DNA of 64,000 nt, taken from positions 1,937-65,936 of the IMG/VR virus record IMGVR_UViG_3300042402_002579; one strand, written 5' to 3'. The notes beneath the pieces were generated by a model. The model saw only the letters and a list, made by a program, of their open reading frames with translations, was not told where the DNA came from and ran no database searches. The translations under genes were made by a program, and so were the position numbers. Below, piece after piece: positions 8,205 through 17,788 of this stretch. Numbering within the stretch: the stretch's first letter is position 1; every line of letters starts with the position of its first letter. The DNA comes from a virus. Taxonomy: Duplodnaviria; Caudoviricetes.

Positions 8205-9764
8205 ATGCCTTTACAAATTCGCAGAGGAACCACCGCAGAAAGAATAACCATCAGGCCTGTCGTTGGTGAGCTAATCTACGACACAGATATCAAATCTGTA
8301 TACGTTGGCGATAGTACTGACGGCGGCGTCACCGGAACATTAGGTGGAGTAGGAATTACAGTATTTGGCGTTGAACAGGCACAAGACGCTGCGGCAGCTG
8401 CTCTTGCAGCTGGAACTCATAGCGGTATCAGTTTCACCTATGACGATGTTCTTAACAAAATAGATGCAGTAGTAGGTGGCGGCACTGTTAATCTGGATAT
8501 AAAAGGATCAGTTTTTAGCGATGACACTTCGGTTATACTGATTGACGGTGTGTTAGCTGCAATAAATCTAGATCAAACTATAAAAAGCAATGTCATACCT
8601 GCTGTTGACGTTACCTACGATCTAGGATCAGCCAGTAAAAGATTTAGAGATCTTTATCTAAGCGGCTCCAGTATTAAACTAGGCAATGCCACAATTACAG
8701 CTACAGGAACTGCTGTCAATTTACCCTTAGGATCTACTATAGGTGGATCTATAATCAGTTCAGGTGATGGCGTTATTAACGGATCTAATTACAATGTCAA
8801 CATAATAGGCGATGACAGTAGCGTTATTGTCAATACCAGTAATAACGAAGTCACTGGAACATTTACTGGCGACATTACCGGTTCCGTTTTTATGTCCGAT
8901 AGTTCCGTGATAGTAGATTCCGTTGACGGAGTAGTTTATGCTACCACAATTGGACCTCACTACGGAAATGTATTTGGAAATGTGATCGGAGCCACCCAGG
9001 GTTTACATACCGGTAATGTAATCGGTAACGTAGTTGGCGATATCACTGGAACATTAACAGGCAATCTAGTTGGTTCTATGTTTGGTTCTGTATTCAACGA
9101 AAGTAGTTCTATTATGGTTGATACAGACAATGATAGAATTATAGCTTCACAAGTTATAACTCCAACAATAAGAAGCAGCACTAATGCATTGACCTTTAAC
9201 TCTTCAGATACTACTACTGGATTGGAAGTAAATTTTTATGTAAGCCCTCTTAGTATGGATCTCTGGGGAATATCCAATGGTCCTCAGCAGGGCCCGGCGA
9301 TTCAATTCAAAGCAAGTAGAGGTACATTTGCTGCTCCAACTGCCCTTCAATCACTAGACCTAATAGGCGGAACACTAAGTTTTGGACATAACGGCACTGA
9401 CTATAAATTAGCCAGTATAGTTGGTTCTTTCGTTGATCCTAACGGTTCTCTTACTGCGGGTGTGGTTCCGACTAAGATTTCTCTAACAACCTTCCCAACC
9501 AACGATCCGCTAAATCCAAAAAATCTAACGATGAATAGAAACGGGTATGTTTCTATTGGTTATGCCATTACCGATGATGCCGCTGCACATCTTGATATTA
9601 ATGGTGCAATGAAATTAGCCCCATTGAGCACTGCACCAACTAGCCCAGTTTCAGGTATGTTAGCAGTTGCAGACGGAACTGGTTGGAACCCAACTTCGAC
9701 AGGTAAACATACACTGGTTTGCTATCTAACTTCTGCCTGGGTTCAGGTTGCTGTAGCACCTTAA
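8205..9764 (+). CDS. virion fibre-like structural protein
   Basis: Mtd_N-like start (LQIRRGT...GELIYDTD...VGD), GSVFxDDS and GNVxG repeats, YDLGSxxxRxxDLYL module; TAAATA at 8166 plus AGGAG SD. Confidence 0.75.
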   Translation: MPLQIRRGTTAERITIRPVVGELIYDTDIKSVYVGDSTDGGVTGTLGGVGITVFGVEQAQDAAAAALAAGTHSGISFTYDDVLNKIDAVVGGGTVNLDIKGSVFSDDTSVILIDGVLAAINLDQTIKSNVIPAVDVTYDLGSASKRFRDLYLSGSSIKLGNATITATGTAVNLPLGSTIGGSIISSGDGVINGSNYNVNIIGDDSSVIVNTSNNEVTGTFTGDITGSVFMSDSSVIVDSVDGVVYATTIGPHYGNVFGNVIGATQGLHTGNVIGNVVGDITGTLTGNLVGSMFGSVFNESSSIMVDTDNDRIIASQVITPTIRSSTNALTFNSSDTTTGLEVNFYVSPLSMDLWGISNGPQQGPAIQFKASRGTFAAPTALQSLDLIGGTLSFGHNGTDYKLASIVGSFVDPNGSLTAGVVPTKISLTTFPTNDPLNPKNLTMNRNGYVSIGYAITDDAAAHLDINGAMKLAPLSTAPTSPVSGMLAVADGTGWNPTSTGKHTLVCYLTSAWVQVAVAP

Positions 9765-10447
9765 ATTGTAGTAAGTACTCGATCAATAAACTCTGCAGGA
9801 TAGCTGTTTCTAAAACTATTCCAGCAGAGTTTTTCCATAAGCGGCAACGGATGCGGATCGTTCCAACTTATTCCTAATTCTTCTACATACTTCTTCATCT
9901 CTCCCTGCCTAGTGCTGTATATGTGACTGGCATGATCTGCTATACTGATTGGCCCTTCGTGTTTAGCGTATGTGAAAAAGTAATTGATACTTTTAAGTTT
10001 GCCGTCTACTACAAAGTAACTGCTAGGATGCATACTGTACTTGTATAACCCTAACGAATGATGTGCTTTTATAATTGCTAACATTTGCTCCTGCCAATCT
10101 GGAAGTACATCGTTGTAATTTTCTTGATTGCACCCAGCTTGTTCCCAAAAATCAGGTCCATTAACTTCTAAATAAATTTTTTGTTTTTCTAAATCTATAT
10201 TCTTTATTACTGGAACTAGATTCGGATACCTATTTCTCATTTGGGTAAGATAGTTTACTTCACGTAACCATTTTTCCTGCATAAGCTCAGGGGCGACTAT
10301 TTGATTTTGTCCCTTATGATAATTGCCCTCTGTTGTGTAGTGTTGTACAAACACTTTTTTATCAGCACTCATCAAACTGGTGTAAATAAGATTGTTCCGA
10401 CACAGACCGTGTCCTGGAACATTGTTATAATAGTATTCGTACTCCAT
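9761..10447 (-). CDS. protein-kinase-like fold protein with degenerate catalytic motifs
   Basis: WLREVNYL...LVPVIKNID...IYLE...GLYKYSMHPSSYFVVDGKLKSINYF pattern; start re-assigned to MEYEY. Confidence 0.5.
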   Translation of the reverse strand: MEYEYYYNNVPGHGLCRNNLIYTSLMSADKKVFVQHYTTEGNYHKGQNQIVAPELMQEKWLREVNYLTQMRNRYPNLVPVIKNIDLEKQKIYLEVNGPDFWEQAGCNQENYNDVLPDWQEQMLAIIKAHHSLGLYKYSMHPSSYFVVDGKLKSINYFFTYAKHEGPISIADHASHIYSTRQGEMKKYVEELGISWNDPHPLPLMEKLCWNSFRNSYPAEFIDRVLTTI

Positions 10448-10477
10448 ACAATTAATTATCAAAGATCTCATACAATA

Positions 10478-11524
10478 ATGATATATCCGAATAACATTTT
10501 TTCAGTACAGTTAGACCTAACCGATAAGTGTCAGGCCGCCTGCCCAATGTGCCCGAGAAATGATCATGGGGGTATAGATATGCCTTACATTAAAAATATT
10601 GAGATGACTTTAGAAAATGTTAAACAATGGTTGACTTCAGAATGGATTAATACCATTAATTGTTTTTATGCTTGCGGAAACTATGGTGATCCCTTGATGG
10701 CAAAAGATTGTCTAGCAATTTTTGAACATCTTATGACTTATAGCAAATCAGATTGCCGATTCAAAATATACACTAATGGTAGTCTTAGATCAAACGATTT
10801 TTGGATTAAAGCTGCAAATTTGTTTAACACTAATAATTCCATCATATTTGCAATTGATGGTTTTAAAGGAGAACATGAACTTTATAGAAAAAATACCAAC
10901 TGGGATAAAATTATTTCAAATGCAAAAATTTTTATAGAGCATGGAGGAAATGCTGAGGCAGATGTATTATTATTCAAACATAATGAAGACAGAATTTATG
11001 AATTAAAGTCTTTCTTATTAAGTATAGGTTTTAGTAAAGTAAACATTAAATACACAGAAAGATTTCTTGACAAGGAAAAATTTCCAGTAAAAAATAAATC
11101 CGGAGACATTGAGTATTATCTAGAGCCACCAACTTCTCAAAAAATAATTAAACACGATGTTACTATTTTTAAAAATCTAACTGATATAATACAAAATTTT
11201 GATATAGTTCCTATGTGTCACGAAGAACTTTATATCAACGCAAACGGTGATGTTTTTCCTTGCTGTGCAGTTTCGACATGGTTAGATCATTCAGTTAATA
11301 CCAATCCTGTCACGTTTGACGAGTTTACAAATTTACATCAGTTTGAGTCTGCCAATCTTGTTATCAAAGACATCGGATACATTAATCTCAAAAATACAGA
11401 TATAGCAACAGAATTGGCAAAGTCAAATTGGGAAAACATAACAAATCATCATACCACTGGCAATAAAAGTTTAGTGTGTGCATCAAATTGTAGTCCGGGT
11501 TTTTTTGATAATTTTAAAAGCTAG
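10478..11524 (+). CDS. radical SAM protein with C-terminal SPASM/twitch domain
   Basis: CQAACPMC, GNYGDP, TNGS, FAIDG, YINANGDVFPCC, C-terminal CxxxC; start re-assigned to MIYPN. Confidence 0.9.
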   Translation: MIYPNNIFSVQLDLTDKCQAACPMCPRNDHGGIDMPYIKNIEMTLENVKQWLTSEWINTINCFYACGNYGDPLMAKDCLAIFEHLMTYSKSDCRFKIYTNGSLRSNDFWIKAANLFNTNNSIIFAIDGFKGEHELYRKNTNWDKIISNAKIFIEHGGNAEADVLLFKHNEDRIYELKSFLLSIGFSKVNIKYTERFLDKEKFPVKNKSGDIEYYLEPPTSQKIIKHDVTIFKNLTDIIQNFDIVPMCHEELYINANGDVFPCCAVSTWLDHSVNTNPVTFDEFTNLHQFESANLVIKDIGYINLKNTDIATELAKSNWENITNHHTTGNKSLVCASNCSPGFFDNFKS

Positions 11525-11546
11525 TGTATAAGGTTTAAATACTGTT

Positions 11547-12350
11547 ATGATAATTGGCATAAACAACGTTCCATATTATGATATGGAACAATATTTAGAC
11601 ATGGCAGCATTTGAAAAAATGCAACCTGAGATCTTACAAGGGTTTTCACTATCACGAGATTGTGCCAAAGAAGGTACCTGGATGACTCCGGGTTTTACCT
11701 TTGAACAAATGAGTTACATTCCCCATTGGAAACCTATATACCAAGCAATGCAAGAATTTATGTCGATGCCAGCTACTGATCCTATTAAAGCAGCAGGTCT
11801 TGAACTAATGCCTAAAGACTTCAAAGACTTTAAACAACGTAACTTGTTTACTCGATACATTAAAATGGCTATGGGTGCCTATGATCCATACATTTATTAT
11901 TACCTATGGGAAGAAGGTTCCTGGGATGATCGTACTGCTCCACGCAAGCTGACTCCGGAAGCAGAATATTTTCCCACAGTAGTTAAGTGGGTTGAAAGTC
12001 TAGTAGGTACAGTGTTCAAAGACATCGGCCGTGTCATATTCTTCCATTGTGAAGCAGATGGTATTCCATTCGAACATCGAGACCTAGATGCTAAGAACGG
12101 AATGAATCAGTCATTCCCCCATCGAAATGAATTTATACACATCCGTCCTAATACTAAAAAAGCATTTTACATTTGGGATCCTGAAAAGAAAAACAAAGTG
12201 TATCTTAACACAAGAGCAGCCTGGTGGAATGATCAAGATTGGCACGGCGGCGAAAGAATTATGGAACAAAGTTATAGCCTTAGAATTGACGGAAAGTTTA
12301 CAGAAGAGTTTCGTAAAAAATTAGGAATTGAACACATTGAAACCTATTGA
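11547..12350 (+). CDS. Fe/2OG-type (AspH-like) oxygenase
   Basis: EHRD...DWHG...SLRIDG facial-triad pattern. Confidence 0.65.
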   Translation: MIIGINNVPYYDMEQYLDMAAFEKMQPEILQGFSLSRDCAKEGTWMTPGFTFEQMSYIPHWKPIYQAMQEFMSMPATDPIKAAGLELMPKDFKDFKQRNLFTRYIKMAMGAYDPYIYYYLWEEGSWDDRTAPRKLTPEAEYFPTVVKWVESLVGTVFKDIGRVIFFHCEADGIPFEHRDLDAKNGMNQSFPHRNEFIHIRPNTKKAFYIWDPEKKNKVYLNTRAAWWNDQDWHGGERIMEQSYSLRIDGKFTEEFRKKLGIEHIETY

Positions 12351-12963
12351 AGAGTTATATCATAAATTACAAGTATATGCAGATTTAGAAGAGGCCCGCG
12401 AATACTATACTATTATCAAAACAAACTTTGCAGATCAACGCTGGAGTGTTTACAAACATGCAGAACGTCTTACTAAAGAAGCATGGTACGGATTTGAAGA
12501 TGTAGATTACGCTGTTGCTCCCGGCGGTTGGGCATTGCAAACACATCTAGAAACTGACGATGTTTGTGCTCCGTGGATTGTTGATACATATAATCCAGTA
12601 CACCGAGCCCATAATCCAATGATATTTGGTTTTGCTGAAAAATTATTAAAGAAAATTCCAATAGCCAAGTGGTTAAGCATTAGCGAAACTCCGGCCGGAG
12701 GAGGCATTGTATCTCATCAAGATAGTCATTGGCACATACACTTGCCATTGTATAGTCCAGAGAAAAGTTTCCTTACATGGGATAATGAAAATAAAGAACC
12801 CGTGCATTGGAAACATTTTCCATCAGACGGCAGTATCTATGCCTGGAATACAACTGAACAACATACTGTGCTTAACAAGAGTGATGATCTAAGAGTGCAT
12901 TTATTTTTTAAAGTAGAAATTAAAGATGTTCCAGAGCTGTTAAAAATTTCAGGAAAAATATGA
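12328..12963 (+). CDS. aspartyl/asparaginyl beta-hydroxylase-like oxygenase
   Basis: SHQD..WHIHLPL...NTTEQHTVLN...RVHL. Confidence 0.75.
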   Translation: MNTLKPIEELYHKLQVYADLEEAREYYTIIKTNFADQRWSVYKHAERLTKEAWYGFEDVDYAVAPGGWALQTHLETDDVCAPWIVDTYNPVHRAHNPMIFGFAEKLLKKIPIAKWLSISETPAGGGIVSHQDSHWHIHLPLYSPEKSFLTWDNENKEPVHWKHFPSDGSIYAWNTTEQHTVLNKSDDLRVHLFFKVEIKDVPELLKISGKI

Positions 12964-13736
12964 GCAACCCACCTCCAGTGATGTATAAGGATCAACCAGG
13001 TTTTGATTATTGTCTAGAAGTTTTCAAGGCCTGGAATGAGCATCAAAGTCTAGACTTTGACACAGCACGTATATCCATGATGCGTAATAATCATAATACA
13101 ACTACAGCAGAAGACTTTCTTAGTAACAAAGAGTTTAAAGAATTAATAGGCTACATAGTAGACAATCCAACATGGCACCTGTTCTGGGAAGGCGGCAGCG
13201 CATTAGCAAACGTCAATCCAGAGTTTCCTAACTACGATAAGATAATGGCACTTACTGTAGATAAGATTAAAGCTAAACGTGGAGACTTTCTAATTGACAA
13301 TATGTTTATTAGACGTGCTGTTAATAGTTTGCCGTTGCACACAGATCATGTTTACAACTGGCCAGACAGGGTACCTTCATTTACTTACGTTATTCCATTA
13401 GCAGTAGAACGTAACGGTTCATTTAGTGATGATTGGAGTGGAGTCAGTACTGTGATGTTCGAACAATATCAATATCGCAGAGCCTACGGCGCAGACGTAT
13501 TTGATGTAGAATTAAAAACAGGCGATCCGTTCCCTCAAGAAGATTATGCCAATGTTAGTCAGCACACAAGTGAAGAATTATTTGGTCTTAGTTTAGAAAC
13601 AGTATTCCCTTGGAAACAAGGATCTATGATTACTATGGACGCTTATAGATTGCATTGCAGTAATAATTGGAGTCAATATGGCATCGATGCTAAATGGGGG
13701 TTAATTATTCAAAGTGCCAAGTTATTAAACACGTAA
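12960..13736 (+). CDS. 2OG-Fe(II) oxygenase-like protein
   Basis: LPLHTD...VIPL...WKQGS...RLHCS...K. Confidence 0.65.
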   Translation: MSNPPPVMYKDQPGFDYCLEVFKAWNEHQSLDFDTARISMMRNNHNTTTAEDFLSNKEFKELIGYIVDNPTWHLFWEGGSALANVNPEFPNYDKIMALTVDKIKAKRGDFLIDNMFIRRAVNSLPLHTDHVYNWPDRVPSFTYVIPLAVERNGSFSDDWSGVSTVMFEQYQYRRAYGADVFDVELKTGDPFPQEDYANVSQHTSEELFGLSLETVFPWKQGSMITMDAYRLHCSNNWSQYGIDAKWGLIIQSAKLLNT

Positions 13737-14461
13737 TGAGCAAAATTTTCTTGAGCTATTTTATCAAAATGGCCAAATGGTTGACGCTTATAGTTTCTAT
13801 CTAGACAAAATTGGTAATACGACCCGTAGCCTTGATTTTGGTCATTGTCAATTTTTAAAATTTTTTTACCAACTATATCTAACATATTTTTGTAGTTTGA
13901 TGATATTAGATTGTTTGAACCTAAAATTTGTATATATTCACTAGCATAATTTTTACACACACTGTCTACATAAAACATTTGATTTAAAATTTTCTCATTA
14001 TTATTATTTTCAATTTGTAAAAATTCTTCAACATATATATTGTTAATAGGCAATTGATTTTTAAATCTTGAATCTTGATACCATTGCATTCCTAATTGAA
14101 GATATAAATCCTTATCTCTTGCAAACACAAAAGAATCTTTAGGGTAATAGATTTCTGTTCTATCAGAGTGTGTCCAACCAAAAATTACAAGACTATTGGG
14201 GTGTTCTAATAATTTATTTGGAAGTAGTCTTAAACTTCGGTCGTTACTGCCACCACTCATTGCAAAATTGTAAACGGGGATATTTAATAATTTACCTAGA
14301 ACTGAAGAAAATGCATATTCTTTGTATATGTTATCAATTTCTTCAATTGATATTTGAGAAAGATAGTATTGATCAATTAATTTGTCAACTCCTGGAATTG
14401 ATTCAGCCCCGGCAAAATGACTATCACCAAACACTATTATTGAACTAATTTTTTTGGTCAT
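13709..14461 (-). CDS. SGNH/GDSL-like protein
   Basis: VFGDSHFAG, NFAMSGGSN, WT...R, FGHF; start coupled (ATGA) to the upstream stop. Confidence 0.6.
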   Translation of the reverse strand: MTKKISSIIVFGDSHFAGAESIPGVDKLIDQYYLSQISIEEIDNIYKEYAFSSVLGKLLNIPVYNFAMSGGSNDRSLRLLPNKLLEHPNSLVIFGWTHSDRTEIYYPKDSFVFARDKDLYLQLGMQWYQDSRFKNQLPINNIYVEEFLQIENNNNEKILNQMFYVDSVCKNYASEYIQILGSNNLISSNYKNMLDIVGKKILKIDNDQNQGYGSYYQFCLDRNYKRQPFGHFDKIAQENFAHYVFNNLAL

Positions 14462-14997
14462 TGAGATCCCCAATAGTTAAACATATATTTGTCAGTTAAT
14501 CCACCGTTCATTCCACAGTGCCAGTCATCATATGTCGGCCACTGATAAACTGAACCACGAGCAGGACGATACACAGCACTTTCCCCCACAATACTAATGT
14601 GTCCGTGTTGCGGTTCTTGTATATAACAAGTATACCGCACCAAGTTCCCCTGCTTTCTAAATTCATCAATATTCTGGTGCGCATCATAATGCCAAGGAGC
14701 CATACGGCCTGGACGTATTTTACTAATCCAGGCCATTAGTGGTGTTGCTTGTACAATGTTTTGAAATGTATCAATAACATCTTTACCAAAATCTTCTTTA
14801 AAATAATTGGTCCACTCGATCATAGAATCGTTATGTGAGTATCCTGCCTGTTGCCACATTTTATCTAATGTTGCAAACTCTGGAGTGTTAGGGAAACACC
14901 CGTAGTTATACTGCATAGTGACACCGTTACAAGACTTGCACTTGTCAACTACTACATCCCAGTCGATTAGATTGCCTGTATTAGTTATTAAGTTCAT
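14458..14997 (-). CDS. 2OG-Fe(II) oxygenase-like protein
   Basis: PGRMAPWHYD...WHCGMN...K. Confidence 0.7.
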   Translation of the reverse strand: MNLITNTGNLIDWDVVVDKCKSCNGVTMQYNYGCFPNTPEFATLDKMWQQAGYSHNDSMIEWTNYFKEDFGKDVIDTFQNIVQATPLMAWISKIRPGRMAPWHYDAHQNIDEFRKQGNLVRYTCYIQEPQHGHISIVGESAVYRPARGSVYQWPTYDDWHCGMNGGLTDKYMFNYWGSQ

Positions 14998-15484
14998 AAT
15001 TAAATTTTTTTGTTTTCCGTAATATACTGTTAAAAACTATCACAGGTAACTTGTGAGTAAATGCTATACTTAATATGTTCCATCCATGTGGTTTGTGTTC
15101 ATAGTGTTTTATCCTTGTTCCAGGACGCACCCACCACGGAGTATAGTCGTCGTGATAATTTTCATCACTGCGTTCAGGACTTGGTTGTTGGTGCGGAGAA
15201 TGAAATGCCTGTTGCCCAATAACTGGGCAACCTATTTCTTTATAAATTTTTAAGTTAATTACGTAACATTGAGTATGCAATTCGTAATAGGCATTTATGT
15301 TTTCTCTATCTAATATATGTCCCATAATAAAAAAATTATGTTTACTAATTTCTTCAACAAATTTATCTCTATCTAAAAACTCGTGACCTTTTCGGTATAC
15401 TATAGCATAGTCGTATTCTTCCACAACTAATTGTAGCTGACTATCTTCGGTTGAGTCGTTAACTAAAATGTCAATTGTCTTCAT
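14981..15484 (-). CDS. hypothetical protein
   Basis: 167-aa ORF within the operon; GHILDR...YYELH.QCYVINL; HDDYTP. Confidence 0.7.
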   Translation of the reverse strand: MKTIDILVNDSTEDSQLQLVVEEYDYAIVYRKGHEFLDRDKFVEEISKHNFFIMGHILDRENINAYYELHTQCYVINLKIYKEIGCPVIGQQAFHSPHQQPSPERSDENYHDDYTPWWVRPGTRIKHYEHKPHGWNILSIAFTHKLPVIVFNSILRKTKKFNYELNN

Positions 15485-16553
15485 GCCAGGTAGGTAATTT
15501 TAGTTGAGTATTGACATTAAATTCGTTAATGTGTCCTGCAAATTTTGAATCTTGATAATATATAGCTGCTGCTCTAGAAATAAACCCAACATGACAATTA
15601 TAATCTTTTAGCTCAGTTAATATGCGTTGTTCTGCACGTATTCGAGATTGCAAACTATAGAAACAACTAGTTAGGTAGTAACTAAAGATGTTGCTAAAAT
15701 TAATGAATGTATTTGGTACAGGTTTAACTAATTCTGTAATATCTAATTTTTCTAACAAGTTGATGTGAACAAATTCAAAACGTACGGTATTAACAATCTT
15801 AATCCAATTGTCTGGCTCAACTACAGAATACATACTGGCAAATCCGTAATCCCATTCTTTATCAATAAATTTAAACTTGCTTCGGCCTAGACGTCTAATA
15901 AATTCTTCATAATCACCGCCATTGTATTTTAACACAACTTCTCGCATACAGTCCAATGCTAGGTAACTATAATCGTAAAATCTAACAACGGTAGTTTCGT
16001 CATACCCGTATTTGTTCAAGTAGTTAACCCAATTAAGTCCTGCTGCTGGAGTTACCAGTTGATGGATAATCGGCAAATCTAGCGTTTGCACTTGTTCATT
16101 ATTAACCGGATAAAAAAACGAACCATGCCCAAGACTAAATTTTTTGTTTTGCCATTCTAGTCCCTGTTCAAATGAATCTTCAGATCGACCGTCCAAATAA
16201 AATATATTTTGAGCCAACTCTATCTTATCTGCTTTATGTAAAACAATATCACCTACTAGATCTCTTAAGTTTATTATTTGAAAATGATCAGTTGGTTCAA
16301 TAACAACCACTCCGGCATCTAACACATCAATACCAGTCGGTACTATTATTGCCGTTTTAAAAAATGCACGAGCAAATTCTAACATTTCGTTTAGATTTTT
16401 ACTTGCTATAACAAAATATTTTTCACTAAACTTAAATAGAGTCTGATCACTAACGTTCTTAACCAGCTGCCTTGCAGAAGGAATACACTGATCTATTTCA
16501 TCTAATATACAAACTACTACATCACTGTCTGTTTGGTTTCCGTACTGTATCAA
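15471..16553 (-). CDS. hypothetical protein
   Basis: 360-aa ORF; PAAGL...FYDYS..AL...SNIF, possibly a Rossmann-like C-terminal domain. Confidence 0.7.
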   Translation of the reverse strand: MIQYGNQTDSDVVVCILDEIDQCIPSARQLVKNVSDQTLFKFSEKYFVIASKNLNEMLEFARAFFKTAIIVPTGIDVLDAGVVVIEPTDHFQIINLRDLVGDIVLHKADKIELAQNIFYLDGRSEDSFEQGLEWQNKKFSLGHGSFFYPVNNEQVQTLDLPIIHQLVTPAAGLNWVNYLNKYGYDETTVVRFYDYSYLALDCMREVVLKYNGGDYEEFIRRLGRSKFKFIDKEWDYGFASMYSVVEPDNWIKIVNTVRFEFVHINLLEKLDITELVKPVPNTFINFSNIFSYYLTSCFYSLQSRIRAEQRILTELKDYNCHVGFISRAAAIYYQDSKFAGHINEFNVNTQLKLPTWHEDN

Positions 16554-17188
16554 CTTCTACTCCTGGCTATTAAATCACAAAATTCATTTTTTCGATTGCC
16601 AACTTTAAAATGTGCAATCATATGTATCCTGTCTTGCTCACTGTTATTAACTACTTCGTGATCTTTACTGACGTTAAGCAGTATGCTCATTCCGGGCTTC
16701 CAGGGAACGGTCAACCCGTTAACTGTCATTACACACGTATCGGGATGGATCACAGCAAGGTTTAAGGCAAAGTCATGCTCGAACGGATCAAAACCTTCTA
16801 AGTCTTTAGGCTCACAATCTCTATGCATATTAATTCTGCCGCCAGCGGCTAATTTCATGAAGCGTATACGTTTATATGTTTCTGCTGGAAATGCTTTCCA
16901 AAATTCTGTAATAGTAGGAGCAAGTGTTGTAAGTTCAGTCCAATGATACCCGTCATCGGTATTTTGATAAAATTCGTATCCGTTTGTTTTACCTATGCCT
17001 AATCCATGCAAACAACAACTAGACCACCCACTATGTTCTTCTGAGCCCCTATGGTCAACATAATACGGTTCGATTAGTTTGACTTCTTCTGCCCAAGTAC
17101 TAGTATTAAATGGAACCTTGAGTTCTAGCCAATCAACATGGTTAGGATTGGCAAACAGTTGACGGACTAATGTTTCATTATTGTTCAC
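16550..17188 (-). CDS. aspartyl/asparaginyl beta-hydroxylase-like oxygenase
   Basis: RIRFMKLAAGGRINMHRD...HEVVNNSEQDRIHMI; GTG start. Confidence 0.8.
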   Translation of the reverse strand: MNNNETLVRQLFANPNHVDWLELKVPFNTSTWAEEVKLIEPYYVDHRGSEEHSGWSSCCLHGLGIGKTNGYEFYQNTDDGYHWTELTTLAPTITEFWKAFPAETYKRIRFMKLAAGGRINMHRDCEPKDLEGFDPFEHDFALNLAVIHPDTCVMTVNGLTVPWKPGMSILLNVSKDHEVVNNSEQDRIHMIAHFKVGNRKNEFCDLIARSRS

Positions 17189-17192
17189 AAGA

Positions 17193-17211
17193 TATTTATA
17201 GCGAGTAAATA
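17193..17211. promoter_or_regulatory. divergent pair of T4-late-like promoters
   Basis: TATAAATA on the minus strand (17193-17200) and TAAATA on the plus strand (17206-17211), each 4 nt from a start codon. Confidence 0.65.
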
Positions 17212-17215
17212 CTCA

Positions 17216-17788
17216 ATGGAAATTATTGATCAGGGCATATTCATTTTAGAAATCAATGGCAACATTGCCACAATGAATTTCAACACAGAAAATCCAAAAT
17301 ATTCTGCTGAACTTGTAAAATCTAGTTTTGAGAGAGAATGTAGAAATTTACTGAGATTGATCAAATACAGATGGGCTCCGGAGATAGTTGAAATTAATCC
17401 GCATACTCGCTGTATCTCTTTTAAGTGGTATAATAATACCTGCGAAAATACTTTGCCAGCAGACTGGAAAATTCAACTAGAAAAAATCACTATAGACTTA
17501 GATACTGAACAACTTTATAAACCTAACTTTTATCCCAAGTGTTTTTATGTTGACGATGCAGGAACAATACATTCATTTGTATTCTATAGTACCAGTGACT
17601 ATGCTGAACAACCTATCAGTATGGAATTTTATAAACCTATCCTTAACGATGATAGACTAGAATTAGTTAACAAATTGGCAACCGACGGCAAACTAGATAT
17701 GGGTATTTTAATAGAACATGCATTTAATGATTATATTGAATGGCCTGATAATGCATTAAAGGAAATTTTTAATAATGTCTACAGATAA
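17216..17788 (+). CDS. kinase-like fold protein, paralogue of 9761..10447
   Basis: FERECRNL...APEIVEIN...DWKIQLEKI...LYKPNFYPKCFYVD parallels the other copy. Confidence 0.5.
   Translation: MEIIDQGIFILEINGNIATMNFNTENPKYSAELVKSSFERECRNLLRLIKYRWAPEIVEINPHTRCISFKWYNNTCENTLPADWKIQLEKITIDLDTEQLYKPNFYPKCFYVDDAGTIHSFVFYSTSDYAEQPISMEFYKPILNDDRLELVNKLATDGKLDMGILIEHAFNDYIEWPDNALKEIFNNVYR

Noticed and set aside
10301-10477. Hydrophobic N-terminal extension (signal-like) on the radical SAM ORF
   Set aside because: Arises from an upstream TTG overlapping the divergent gene; the paralogue at 30874..31923 starts at the equivalent of ATG 10478
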